The position numbers and the translations under genes are program-made. Shown one piece after another: positions 37,897-48,001 of a stretch of 59,959 bases of DNA. Under the pieces are notes generated by a model that searched no databases, was not told where the DNA came from, and saw nothing but the letters and a program-made list of their open reading frames with translations. The stretch's first letter is position 1. Each line of letters begins with the position of its first letter. Source of the stretch: Candidatus Omnitrophota bacterium (GTDB lineage: Bacteria > Omnitrophota > Omnitrophia > Omnitrophales > Aquincolibacteriaceae); assembly GCA_041666865.1 (NCBI GenBank), contig JBAYGD010000016.1:1-59959 (forward strand), given 5' to 3'.

Positions 37897-40270
37897 AAGC
37901 GACCTTCTCAGCCTTTTTGCGATCGCGGTTCTTCTTGCGCTTTTTTATCCCGGCCTTGTGCTCGCTCGCCAGGCGTCCCTCATGGGCGACCACTGGGAAC
38001 AGCACTATCCTTGGGCTTGGACTCTGGCGGATTCTCTGCACCGCGGCCAATGGCCGTTCTGGACGCCGCTGATTCAGTGCGGTTTTCCCCTTGCCGCCGA
38101 AAGCCAGATTGGGATTTTTTATCTTCCCAATTTGATCCTCACTTTATGCTTGCCGATTCAGCCGGCTTACGCCGCCACGAATCTTGTTCACTTTTTTGTC
38201 TCGGGGGCGGGCACTTACTTTTATTCTCGCCGGATCGGTCTCAGGCCGGTCGCGGCGTTTGTGGCCGCCGTTGTTTTTGTCTTCGGAACCGGCTACGGAG
38301 GGGCCTATTACAATTTGACTTCCCTGAAGACACTCGCCTGGTTTCCATGGATTCTCTGGGGGTTTGAGAAGTTTTTGGAGCGGTTCCGGAAGCGCTATCT
38401 TTGCGCGATGGCCGCTTTTATGGGGCAAGCGATCGTGGCCGGGTACCTTCAGGTGGCCGTGCTGATGCTTGCGATTTGCATGGCAGTCTTTTTTTTGAGG
38501 CTATTCATCTTTGCCGATAGTTCCATGGATTGGCGCCGGCGTCTTAAAGGGAGCGCGGGGGTGCTCGCGTCACTGGGCGGCGCCGTTATCCTCGCGCTTC
38601 CTCAGCTTTTGCTGAGCTTTGAGCTAGCCCTGTTTTCGAATCGCATGAATCTGACGGAAGATTACGCCTACGTGGGCTCCATGGCCCCGCCGGTGCTTTT
38701 GACGCTCCTTTTCCCGAAACTGCAGGGACTTTTTCGTGGAAACTGCCTTTATTCCGGGATCTTCACGCTCTACTTTCTGATGGCCGCCTATTTTGCGTCG
38801 CGAAAGGAACTGCGCCGGGTGCTTTGGCTGTGGACCACTGTTTCGCTGCTCGCCCTTGCACTGGCCCTGGGTGGATGGAGCCCTGTCTATATCGCCCTGA
38901 TCAAACTTTCTCACTTTTACGCCTTCCGGATTCCCGCAAAATATCTCATTTTCATCTGCTTCGGGGTGGCCGTTCTCGCAGGCCTTGGAACGCATGTTTG
39001 GTGCGACGAGCTCGTGCTCTCGAAGGAGCGGCTGCGCGTGTTGAACCGAACGTATCTCAAGTTCGCGGCCGCTGCGGTGGCCTTGTGGGGAATTGTCTAT
39101 TTCTTCGTCACCAAGGGACGAAGCGCGGTGTTGCATTTGGGGGAGTGGACGGTTGAACATTTTATCTACGGCAAAAGCGGTCATCCGCGCTCGCTTGACG
39201 AATATTTTTCCGGGGTCTCCGGACTTGCCGATGCCGCAAGGGACATGCTGGCTTTCACCAATCCCTGGCAATTATGGGCCTTGGTGCTGATTTTGATCAG
39301 CTGCCTTTGGGTGATGATGCTTGAGCGTTTTTTGAAGCGGTCTCGCGGAGCGAAGCTGTGCCTGCTTTTTGCTCTCGTCGTTTTGCTCGCCGATTTTTAT
39401 GTTTTTTCAGGAGAAGACATCAAGAAGGATATTGGCCCCTTTCCGGACGGAATGAAAAAAAACGCTGCGGTTGCCATGCTTTTGGCGGAAAAAGGGGCGG
39501 GCCGGATGGGGAGGTTGTATGGCTTCCGGAAATCGAACGAAAATCTGCCGGTAGTGCCCTCGGTGAATATGCTCTACGGCATCGAGGACATCGGCGGATA
39601 CTCGCCTTTTATCCTGGGGAGGTACTTTGAAACGATCGGGCAATTGGGCAACGTCAATGACTCCAACCGGATGATGGATCCGGAAACGTCCTTTGTCCTC
39701 GAGCGGCTGCCCCTTCTCGATGCGCTGGGCGTTTCCCATATTCTTTCCTCTCGTGAGCTCCTCGATCCGTCGCTGGAGCTTTTGATGCGCGACCCCGAAT
39801 CCGGAGCTTATCTTTATCGCAACCGGGAGGATCATCCCCGGGGATATTTCGTCGCGAAGGAGGCCGTTTTTGCGGATTGGAAGGAATTGAAAGAGGCCTT
39901 GATGGGTCCGGGTTTTGATCCGAGAAAAACGCTTCTGCTCGAGAAGGGTGAAAACACAAAAATTTCAGGCCGTCCGCTTCCGGGGAACTCCGCTGCGCGG
40001 GAGGTTGTTTGTGCGCGCCGTGATCCGGATAGGGAAGTTTGGCAGGTCGAAACCACGGGGCCCGGTTTTTTTGTGCTGACCAACACCCATTATCCCGGAT
40101 GGAGCGCGAGGTTGAATGGCGTTGAGGTTCCCTTGCTCAAGGCTTACGGACTATTTCAAGCGCTTGAGCTTCCCGCCGGAGGGAAACATTCCATTGAGTT
40201 GACCTATCGCCCTCTTCGGGGGTTGCTCCGGAAGTGGGCGGGGCGGGGGGATGAACTTGATGCCTTATGA
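37886..40270 (+). CDS. yfhO: YfhO family GT-C membrane glycosyltransferase
   Basis: WTPLIQCGFPLAAESQIGIFYLPN and the C-terminal NTHYPGWSARLNGVEVPLLKAYGLFQALELPAGGKHSIELTYRP are typical of YfhO. Confidence 0.7.
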   Translation: MRPKSDLLSLFAIAVLLALFYPGLVLARQASLMGDHWEQHYPWAWTLADSLHRGQWPFWTPLIQCGFPLAAESQIGIFYLPNLILTLCLPIQPAYAATNLVHFFVSGAGTYFYSRRIGLRPVAAFVAAVVFVFGTGYGGAYYNLTSLKTLAWFPWILWGFEKFLERFRKRYLCAMAAFMGQAIVAGYLQVAVLMLAICMAVFFLRLFIFADSSMDWRRRLKGSAGVLASLGGAVILALPQLLLSFELALFSNRMNLTEDYAYVGSMAPPVLLTLLFPKLQGLFRGNCLYSGIFTLYFLMAAYFASRKELRRVLWLWTTVSLLALALALGGWSPVYIALIKLSHFYAFRIPAKYLIFICFGVAVLAGLGTHVWCDELVLSKERLRVLNRTYLKFAAAAVALWGIVYFFVTKGRSAVLHLGEWTVEHFIYGKSGHPRSLDEYFSGVSGLADAARDMLAFTNPWQLWALVLILISCLWVMMLERFLKRSRGAKLCLLFALVVLLADFYVFSGEDIKKDIGPFPDGMKKNAAVAMLLAEKGAGRMGRLYGFRKSNENLPVVPSVNMLYGIEDIGGYSPFILGRYFETIGQLGNVNDSNRMMDPETSFVLERLPLLDALGVSHILSSRELLDPSLELLMRDPESGAYLYRNREDHPRGYFVAKEAVFADWKELKEALMGPGFDPRKTLLLEKGENTKISGRPLPGNSAAREVVCARRDPDREVWQVETTGPGFFVLTNTHYPGWSARLNGVEVPLLKAYGLFQALELPAGGKHSIELTYRPLRGLLRKWAGRGDELDAL

Positions 40271-42137
40271 CGCCCTTCTGGCGCTGGCCTATTTTGCTCT
40301 GGTATTTCCGGCCTGTTATCTTTTGGGCTCTTGGTTCCGGCCTTTCCTAAAACTTTCGGAGCCCAAGATGGCCGGCGTCGTTTATTTCGGCCTGGGCCTG
40401 GGCCTCTTGGCTTATTTCGTCGTGGTCGCCGGTCACGCGAATGCCCTTCAGCGTCCGGTGCTCTTCGCTTTTCTGGCGGTCCTTTATGCCTTCCGCTGGA
40501 AATCGCTCGGCGATTTTACCGCGTGGATTTCCGAAATATGGTTTTTTCTCACGCGGGGACAAGGAAAGAGCTACCGTTTTTTTTGGGCGGCATTCCTCTT
40601 GACGGCCCTTTTCACTTTGGCGTTATGTTTTGTCCCCGAAACCGCCAATGATTCCCTCTGCTATCAATTGAACCTGCCCAAAGTCTTTGCGAGTCATCAC
40701 TCGACCCGGCCTCTGTTTTACGATCTCAATTCTCAGATGCCCTTTCTGATGCAGCACTTATACGCCGCCGCGCTTGTCCTGGGCAGCGCGTCATTGGCCA
40801 AAATTTTTCATTGGGCGACCGGCGTCTTTCTCTTCCTGGCGGTGTTTTTAGCGATTTTTCAATCCACCCAAAGAAAGCTCCCGGCCCTTTTTTTCGCCCT
40901 GATGCTTTGGCTGACGCCTGCCTGTATTAATGAGGTCACCTCGGCCTATGTCGATGTGGCGGTTGCTTTTTTTCTGTTTATGGCTGTGTGGATGTTCCGG
41001 GAAGGCCTCCGAACCCGGGCTGCAAGCCTTTTTTTCGCCGGCGGTCTCTTCCTCGGGTTTGTCGTCAGCACGAAGCTGATTGCGCTATTATGGGTGGGTG
41101 CCTTTGCGTTTGTCCTGCTGGGGGTTCTTTTCGTTTCATTTCGAAAGCTGCCGCTTGTGAAGATGCTCGGGGTGGGGCTTCTCGGCGGCGTTTTGGGCTG
41201 CGGATTTTGGTTTGTACGGAACTGGATCATCGAGAACAATCCGGTGTTTCCTTATCTGGAGAGCGTGTTCACAGGTCCCTCGCTTGGGCTGGTGGGGTCT
41301 TACACCCGCGTCGGACTCCCCAAGACTTTGGGCAGTTTTCTCCTTTTGCCTTGGAATATCACGTTTCTGCCGGAGGTCTTCGATCGCGGTTTTTGGGTGG
41401 GCCCCTTTTATCTTCTGTCGCTGCCCTTCGCTCTTTGGGGGGCGTGGAAGAGAAGGGAGGCGCGGTTTTGGCTTGCGTTCGTGTTTTGTTCGCTTGTTTT
41501 GTGGTTCTTTGTCGTGCAGAATTCGCGTTTTCTCTTTCCGGTGCTTCCGGCTTACCTTCTTTGCGTCGGAATGGGATATGCCGCCGTCCCGGTTTTTAAA
41601 TCCGGTGTGACGCGATGGCTCAGGATCCCTGCGGCCGGACTTGTCGTTTTTTTTCTCCTGCTGACGGGTTTTCATTATCGTTATCCGGCGAGGGTGCTCG
41701 GCGGGCTATGGACGCCGAGCGAGTATTTGGAGAAAATGGAACGAAGTTATCCGGTCGCCGAGTGGGTGAATCGGCATTTGCCCCCTGACGCCTCTATTTT
41801 TAACTTTGAAGAAGTCCGCCAGTACTACTTCCGCAGGGACATGGTCCGTGAGATTTGGTTTCGCGCGAGAACGCACTACGACCAGAAGGTGGCTCCGGAC
41901 CGATGGCTGAACTACCTGCGTGAAAAGGGATTTACCCACGTTCTGCGGGTTTATTGCCCGGAAAGTCCGCTGGCCGAGAGCGACCGTGTGAGAGAGGACG
42001 CCCTGGACCGGGTTCTGCAAGATCCCGCGCAAGCGACCCGGCTGGTGAGCCTGGAATCCAAAAACATCAAAGAAGCCCGGGAACACTATGACGTTTATGT
42101 CCTCACAGCGTCACCGGCTCAAGGCGGAAAGGGATAG
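40251..42137 (+). CDS. GT-C fold polytopic glycosyltransferase-like membrane protein no. 3
   Basis: More than 10 TM segments, a PETANDSLCYQLNLP loop and a soluble C-terminal domain. Confidence 0.5.
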   Translation: MNLMPYDALLALAYFALVFPACYLLGSWFRPFLKLSEPKMAGVVYFGLGLGLLAYFVVVAGHANALQRPVLFAFLAVLYAFRWKSLGDFTAWISEIWFFLTRGQGKSYRFFWAAFLLTALFTLALCFVPETANDSLCYQLNLPKVFASHHSTRPLFYDLNSQMPFLMQHLYAAALVLGSASLAKIFHWATGVFLFLAVFLAIFQSTQRKLPALFFALMLWLTPACINEVTSAYVDVAVAFFLFMAVWMFREGLRTRAASLFFAGGLFLGFVVSTKLIALLWVGAFAFVLLGVLFVSFRKLPLVKMLGVGLLGGVLGCGFWFVRNWIIENNPVFPYLESVFTGPSLGLVGSYTRVGLPKTLGSFLLLPWNITFLPEVFDRGFWVGPFYLLSLPFALWGAWKRREARFWLAFVFCSLVLWFFVVQNSRFLFPVLPAYLLCVGMGYAAVPVFKSGVTRWLRIPAAGLVVFFLLLTGFHYRYPARVLGGLWTPSEYLEKMERSYPVAEWVNRHLPPDASIFNFEEVRQYYFRRDMVREIWFRARTHYDQKVAPDRWLNYLREKGFTHVLRVYCPESPLAESDRVREDALDRVLQDPAQATRLVSLESKNIKEAREHYDVYVLTASPAQGGKG

Positions 42138-42140
42138 GAC

Positions 42141-43055
42141 ATGCCTGACCAGTGGATGAGGCTTCAGTTTTGCCCCGCGTGCGCGGGAGAAGACCGGCGT
42201 CATTGTTTTGACGTGGCCGGCACCAAACTTTACGAGTGCGCCGGGTGCCATTTGCGTTTCCTGGATCCCTGTTTCTCTCCGGAAACGACGGCGCAAGCCT
42301 ATGAGTCGACTGCCTCCCTGATGGAACTTCACGGCTTCCATGAGGGTTATTACGACTACGGCGACCTTGGCCGCGCGAGTGCCACCAAAAAAGAGTTTGA
42401 GTCCGCTCTCGAGAGGCTTGAAGGGTTTTTAGGTGCGGACCCCGGGAGGAGGCTCTTTGATGTCGGGTACGGGAACGGTTTCTTTTTGGCCCTGGCCCGG
42501 CAAAGGAAGTGGCAGGTCGGGGGAGTCGACACAAGTCTCCATAATCAAAAATTGGCCAAGGCGAAGTTCGGACTCGATCTCGCCGCGGGGACTTTCGAAA
42601 AGGAATGCCGCGGGGCGGATTTTTACGATGCCGTTTCATTTTGGGATGTGCTGGAGCATTTGCCCGATCCGAGCGTTTTGCTGCGGAAAGCGTTTGAAGT
42701 GATCCGGCCCGCGGGGTATGTCCTGATCGGGGTTCCCCATGAGGGGGGCTTTTTGTCCGTTCTCTCGAACGTCCTCTTCCGCTTCACGGGAGGGAGACTC
42801 CGGCAGGGGGTTGATCGCGTGTATTTGCCCGAACATGTGGCCTATTATGCCTTGGGGGCCCTCGACCGGTTACTGGAGCGTAACGGATTCGTGCGAAGGG
42901 GCTTTTTTTACAGCAGTACGGATTTGGCCAAATACAAATTGCCTTTCACGGACAAGCTCCTTGCGCATATGATTTTGATGCTGGGGCGGATTTTTCGCCG
43001 TCCGAACCGGCTGATCGCTTTCTATCAAAAAAAGTCAGGGATGCTCTCGGGTTAG
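42141..43055 (+). CDS. class I SAM-dependent methyltransferase with N-terminal Cys4 ribbon
   Basis: CPACAG...CAGC zinc ribbon, motif I LFDVGYGNGFF and WDVLEHLPDP. Confidence 0.8.
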   Translation: MPDQWMRLQFCPACAGEDRRHCFDVAGTKLYECAGCHLRFLDPCFSPETTAQAYESTASLMELHGFHEGYYDYGDLGRASATKKEFESALERLEGFLGADPGRRLFDVGYGNGFFLALARQRKWQVGGVDTSLHNQKLAKAKFGLDLAAGTFEKECRGADFYDAVSFWDVLEHLPDPSVLLRKAFEVIRPAGYVLIGVPHEGGFLSVLSNVLFRFTGGRLRQGVDRVYLPEHVAYYALGALDRLLERNGFVRRGFFYSSTDLAKYKLPFTDKLLAHMILMLGRIFRRPNRLIAFYQKKSGMLSG

Positions 43056-43064
43056 GATTTTGCC

Positions 43065-43940
43065 ATGATTACGCTGACAAGCCTTGTCTTGATTCTCGCC
43101 TCTGCGATCATCCATCCTCTCTGGAATATGCTCCTTAAGCGCAGCGACGACAAGCTGATCTTCTACACGTATATCCACCTGATTTTTACAGGGCTTTTCA
43201 CCTTTGTCCTCTGGGTGTATCCTCTGGAACAAATCAGCTTCCGGGTATGGGTTTGGGTTGTCCTTTCCGCGGTGACTCATTTTTTTTATCAGGTTTATCT
43301 GTGCAAAGCCTATGACGAGGGCGATTTGTCGTTGACCTATCCGATTATCCGGTCCTCGTCGGTTTTTATCCTCCTGGGCGCGTTTGTCTTTCTCCGGGAG
43401 GTTCCCACCGCCTATGCCTCCCTCGGGGTCCTTCTGATTTTGGCCGGCGTTTGCTTCATCCATCAAAATAGCCTCCGGGGGTTCTCCTTCCGGTCCCTGG
43501 CGAAATCTTTGAAAAGCCGGGCGATGATTTTTGCGGGTCTGACGGCCTTCTTTTCGGCCCTCTATTCCATCGTGGACAAAAAGGCCGTTTTGGAATGTCA
43601 TCCCGTTTTGTTTTTTTATCTTTTCTTCACCCTGTCGGGGCTCTTTTTTCTTGCTTATGTTTTGACGATGAAAGAAAGGCGGGGACGTATGGGCGCGGTG
43701 CTGAAAAAGGATTTCCCCCTCATCACGGCGGCCTCTCTCATGGAATTTATGTCCTACATTCTGATCTTGTACGCCTTCAGGTTGTCGAACACCGCCTATG
43801 TGACGGCCCTTCGACAAATTAGTGTTGTTTTTGGCGTCATATATGGTTTAATGTTTTTAAAAGAACCCTTCGGGAAGGTCCGTTTGGCAAGCGCCCTGGT
43901 GATTTTTCTGGGGGCTTTTTTAATCATTGTCTATGGCTAA
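43065..43940 (+). CDS. EamA/DMT superfamily transporter
   Basis: About 10 TM segments in two duplicated halves, 291 aa. Confidence 0.75.
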   Translation: MITLTSLVLILASAIIHPLWNMLLKRSDDKLIFYTYIHLIFTGLFTFVLWVYPLEQISFRVWVWVVLSAVTHFFYQVYLCKAYDEGDLSLTYPIIRSSSVFILLGAFVFLREVPTAYASLGVLLILAGVCFIHQNSLRGFSFRSLAKSLKSRAMIFAGLTAFFSALYSIVDKKAVLECHPVLFFYLFFTLSGLFFLAYVLTMKERRGRMGAVLKKDFPLITAASLMEFMSYILILYAFRLSNTAYVTALRQISVVFGVIYGLMFLKEPFGKVRLASALVIFLGAFLIIVYG

Positions 43941-43965
43941 CTCTTCGGTTTCGTAAAGGTGAGGT

Positions 43966-45162
43966 ATGACGGATAACAAAGATCGCATTACGCTTTTTCC
44001 CGGTATGGCGGGCGTCACCCGGGATATGATCGACCGGCTTAAAAATGAAGGCGTGGAATTATTCTCCGTCGATATCATGGTCACGCAGAGGTGCAACTTC
44101 AAGTGTATTTATTGCTATGCCGACGGCGCTCCGGAGAAGACCAACCAGCTGTCGATGGCGGAGGCCAAGAAGGTCGTCGATGAATGCCTTGAGCTGGGGG
44201 TGCGTGTCGTCAATATTCAGGGAGGGGAGCCGCTGTATTGGCATCCCGGCGACTGGACCGGCGCGCGCGGAGAGGCTTTTTTTCATCTCCTGGAGTATAT
44301 CCGGGGCCTTTTTACGGCCAAGGGCGCCCCCCTGAATCTGTTGAGCTTTACCGACGTGGCGATGATGACGAAGGAGAAAGCGGAGCGTCTGCGCAAGCTC
44401 GAGGTGTCGCTGTGCTGTAAGATGGATACGCTCAACGAGGAAACGCAGGACCGCCTGCTGGGCGTTCCGGGCGGTGCCAAATCGATCAAGCGGGGGTTCC
44501 AGTACCTCCTCGACGCCGGCTACGGCAAGCCCGATGCCCCGCCGCTTTCGACCAATACGGTTGTGACGGTCCTCAACTATGAGGATATTCCGGAGCTTTT
44601 CCGCTGGTCCCGGAGTCATGGATTCAAGCCGTTTGTAATTCCCGTACACGTTCACGGGCGTGCCAAGAATTACAGCTCCCATATGCTCTCCGGCAAAGGG
44701 GGAGGGAGTACTTTGAATTCGGACTCCATCCGGAAGTTATTCGAGCGCTTGGCCGAGATCGACGGCAAGGAGTTCAATATTCATTGGAAGGCGGAGTCGC
44801 CGTGGGTCGAAAACAAGGCTTGTTCCAGGCACCTGGGCGGCATCCATGTCCGCGCGGACGGGGTCGTGGTGCCTTGTTCGGAAGCCCCCGATGAGTGGGC
44901 GCTCGGCCATATCCGGAAAAATTCGCTCAAAGAGATCGTGTTCTCGGACAAGGTGAAGAAATTTAGAACGATTTATTCTCAGCTCCACGATAGCCAGTGC
45001 TCGCCGAGCCGGTGCTCCCTGGCGGCTCAGGAGAAGTGCTACGGCTGCAGGACCCGCGCTTATGACGATTCCGCGTTTGATAAGGACGGCGGGTATGATC
45101 CTGCCCGCTTGAATCCTGACGCCTTTTTCAGCGGCGATCCGGCCTGCTGGCGGGGGCGATAG
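43966..45162 (+). CDS. radical SAM protein with C-terminal SPASM/twitch-like Cys cluster
   Basis: VTQRCNFKCIYCYA (CxxxCxxC) and C-terminal Cys-rich CS...VVPCSE...CSPSRC...CYGC. AAGGTGAGG Shine-Dalgarno upstream. Confidence 0.8.
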   Translation: MTDNKDRITLFPGMAGVTRDMIDRLKNEGVELFSVDIMVTQRCNFKCIYCYADGAPEKTNQLSMAEAKKVVDECLELGVRVVNIQGGEPLYWHPGDWTGARGEAFFHLLEYIRGLFTAKGAPLNLLSFTDVAMMTKEKAERLRKLEVSLCCKMDTLNEETQDRLLGVPGGAKSIKRGFQYLLDAGYGKPDAPPLSTNTVVTVLNYEDIPELFRWSRSHGFKPFVIPVHVHGRAKNYSSHMLSGKGGGSTLNSDSIRKLFERLAEIDGKEFNIHWKAESPWVENKACSRHLGGIHVRADGVVVPCSEAPDEWALGHIRKNSLKEIVFSDKVKKFRTIYSQLHDSQCSPSRCSLAAQEKCYGCRTRAYDDSAFDKDGGYDPARLNPDAFFSGDPACWRGR

Positions 45163-45168
45163 GCCGCG

Positions 45169-46824
45169 ATGATGAAGAAGCCCGTTTGCCTCCGAAAACT
45201 GCTGGGTGAGAAAAAGCTCATCCGGATTGTCGGCGCGCACAACGGCATGACGGCCAAGCTCGTCGAAAATAACGGCTTTGAAGGGGTCTGGGCCTCCGGC
45301 CTCGAAGTGTCCACCTCGCATGCCGTCCCCGACGCCAATATTTTGACGATGACCGACTTCCTCAACGCCTCGGCGGAGATGGCCGACAGCGTCTCGATTC
45401 CCGTGATTTCCGACTGCGATGTGGGGTACGGGAATTCGAACAACGTCATCCGGATGGTGAAGAAATTCGAGGCAGCCGGGATCAGCGCCGTGGTGGTGGA
45501 AGACAAGAAGTTCCCGAAGGTCAATAGCCTCGTCGACGATACCCGCCAGGATTTGGCCCCCATCGCGGAGTTCGTGGGCAAAATCATGGCGGCCCAGAAT
45601 GCCCGCCAATCCAGCGATTTTATGTTCTTCGCCCGCGTCGAAGCCCTCATTGCCGGCTGCGGCATGGAGGAAGCCTTACGGCGCGCAAGCGCCTACCTTG
45701 ACGCCGGCGCCGACGGAATTTTCATCCATTCGAAAGCCAAAGACCCCCGGGAAATCGTTGAGTTTTGTCAGCGGCGCGAAAAGCGCGGTATTTTATTGAT
45801 TTGTCCGACCAAGTATCCTTCCCTGAAGGAAAGCGATATGGTCAAGCTGGGCGTCCATATGGCGATTTATGCCAATCAAGGGATCCGGGCTTCCATCAAA
45901 GCCGTCAATGAGGTGTTGGCCTACATGAGCCTGAACGGCATCGGGAACGTCGATTCGAGGATTGCGCCGCTTTCCGAAGTCTTTGAATTACAGGGAATGC
46001 ACCACATCAAACAGGATGAGGAAAAGTATTTGAAGACGGAGATGGCCGGCGTCAAGGCGGTCATCGTCGCGGCGGGGTCGAGGGTCGACGAGTCCCTGAA
46101 GGAGCTGCTCCGGGACCGGCCGCTGGCGATGCTCGACATCAACGGCAAGAGCTTGATCAAGCGCGACGTGGAATCGCTCAACGCCGTAGGCATTGACGAC
46201 ATCCGCGTCATCGTCGGGCACAAGAAGGAAAGCATGGTGGTCGAGAATGTCAGCCGCATCGAAAATCCGGATTACTCCTCCAAGGGGATCCTTCATTCGG
46301 TATCGCTCGGGGCCGCCAATCCCGGAGAAAAGAACGTGATCGCGTATTCCGACATCCTTTTCGACCCCGAGATCATCGAGGGGCTCCTCAAGAAAAACGA
46401 CGACGTCATGCTGGTGGTCGACAGCAGCTACAAGAAAGTTCACGTCCGCAACAAGAAGCTGGAGCTCGTTTCGGTGGAAAATCCGCGCGTGTCCGGCATC
46501 CGTGCTGTGAACATGTCGCGCACCAAGCGAATCCTCAAGATCGGCAGGGAGCTGAGCGAAGCGGATGCGCATTATGAGTTTGTGGGGTTGGCGTGCTTGA
46601 CCCGCAAGGGAGTGCATTTGCTGGCGCGCGAGTACGAGACGGCCCTCAAGAAATGCGCGCGGAACAAGGCAAAGCTGAAGGCCCTGGAGCAGATTTCGTT
46701 TGCCGATTTCATCCAGGTCCTGATCGACAAGGGGCATCCGGTCCATGCGTACGAGGTGAGCGGTGGTTGGATGGAAGTGCATAATTTCAGCGATTACAAA
46801 CATGCCTGCTCCATCTTCACCTGA
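45169..46824 (+). CDS. pepM: phosphoenolpyruvate mutase fused to a C-terminal nucleotidyltransferase domain
   Basis: Ppm signature EDKKFPKVNS (EDKx5NS, nt 45499-45528) and DCDVGYGN, followed by an NTP-transferase-like domain (VKAVIVAAGSRVDES...LDINGKSLI). Confidence 0.88.
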   Translation: MMKKPVCLRKLLGEKKLIRIVGAHNGMTAKLVENNGFEGVWASGLEVSTSHAVPDANILTMTDFLNASAEMADSVSIPVISDCDVGYGNSNNVIRMVKKFEAAGISAVVVEDKKFPKVNSLVDDTRQDLAPIAEFVGKIMAAQNARQSSDFMFFARVEALIAGCGMEEALRRASAYLDAGADGIFIHSKAKDPREIVEFCQRREKRGILLICPTKYPSLKESDMVKLGVHMAIYANQGIRASIKAVNEVLAYMSLNGIGNVDSRIAPLSEVFELQGMHHIKQDEEKYLKTEMAGVKAVIVAAGSRVDESLKELLRDRPLAMLDINGKSLIKRDVESLNAVGIDDIRVIVGHKKESMVVENVSRIENPDYSSKGILHSVSLGAANPGEKNVIAYSDILFDPEIIEGLLKKNDDVMLVVDSSYKKVHVRNKKLELVSVENPRVSGIRAVNMSRTKRILKIGRELSEADAHYEFVGLACLTRKGVHLLAREYETALKKCARNKAKLKALEQISFADFIQVLIDKGHPVHAYEVSGGWMEVHNFSDYKHACSIFT

Positions 46825-46858
46825 TTCCCGCCCGGCACCCAAGAAAGCGCGCCTATCC

Positions 46859-48001
46859 ATGAAAGCTTCCGAGCTTGTCCGGCTGTTCAAACGCAAGAAG
46901 CTGGGGCCTTTTATCCAGGTCCCTTGCTCGATGCTGTCGTCCTTGATCCGGGACCTCTCGGCCGATCCGGACTGCGAAGTCCTGAACCCGGCCAACGAGG
47001 CCGTTGCGATGGGGATGGCGGCAGGGACTTATCTGGCGACGCAAAAAATTCCGGTGGTCCTCATGCAAAACTCCGGATTATGCAACACTCTCAACGCGCT
47101 AACCTCCCTGCACCAGGTTTATCACTTGCCTGTTTTATTCCTGATTACCTGGCGGGGCATGCGCGGGGCCCAGGATGCGCCGGAGCATCAGGTGATGGGT
47201 GCCAAGCTGAATCAAATCCTTCGGCTGTTCAATATTCCTTATGCTGTCTTGTCACCCAAGAACTATCGTGTGCAGGTGGCGGCGATGATCGCAAAGATGA
47301 AAAAAAGCGGAATGCCCGCTGCCCTCGTCCTTCGCCCCGATGTGATCGACAAAGACACCGGCGAGAGAAAGGCGGGGAAGGCCCCCCAAGAAAAAGCAGT
47401 CCCATCCCTGACGAGAAGCGAGGCGCTCGGGGAGATTTTTTCCGTTTGGGGACGCCGTGCCTGCTACGTCACGACGAACGGGTTCATCTCGCGGGACGCA
47501 TTTCACGCGGCAGGCTCGCAGCCGGGCAAACCTCCCCCGGTCTTTTATATGTTGGGTTCGATGGGGCACGCCTTGCCGCTCGGGCTAGGGCTTTCGCTCT
47601 CCCGTTCAAGAGGCGCCCAGACGGTCGTCATCGACGGAGACGGCGGGGCCCTCATGCACCTGGGCGCGATGGCTTCCGTTCCCGGCACTTGCAAGGGTTC
47701 GAAAAAGAATCTCCTGTATATCGTTCTGGATAACTGCCTTTACGCTTCCACCGGCGGCCAGCCCACGGTTTCTTCCGACGTCCGCTTCCGGACGATCGCC
47801 GAGGCCTGCGGATTTCGCCGTGTTTTCTCCGCGACGGGCAGAGCGGCATTGAAGAGCGTTCTTCTCAAAACCAGGAAGCTGAGGGGTTCTGTTTTTATTC
47901 ATGCCCGCATCTCGGAGGTGAAGAACTGTCCTTCGCCAAGAGTCTCAAGCCGGTTTTCGTGCCAGACGATCAAACAGAATTTTATGGGCGGTCTGACATG
48001 A
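46859..48001 (+). CDS. ppd: phosphonopyruvate decarboxylase (TPP-dependent)
   Basis: N-terminus FIQVPCSMLSSLI and TPP motif VIDGDGGALMHLG...LDNCLYASTGGQ. It follows pepM. Confidence 0.82.
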   Translation: MKASELVRLFKRKKLGPFIQVPCSMLSSLIRDLSADPDCEVLNPANEAVAMGMAAGTYLATQKIPVVLMQNSGLCNTLNALTSLHQVYHLPVLFLITWRGMRGAQDAPEHQVMGAKLNQILRLFNIPYAVLSPKNYRVQVAAMIAKMKKSGMPAALVLRPDVIDKDTGERKAGKAPQEKAVPSLTRSEALGEIFSVWGRRACYVTTNGFISRDAFHAAGSQPGKPPPVFYMLGSMGHALPLGLGLSLSRSRGAQTVVIDGDGGALMHLGAMASVPGTCKGSKKNLLYIVLDNCLYASTGGQPTVSSDVRFRTIAEACGFRRVFSATGRAALKSVLLKTRKLRGSVFIHARISEVKNCPSPRVSSRFSCQTIKQNFMGGLT

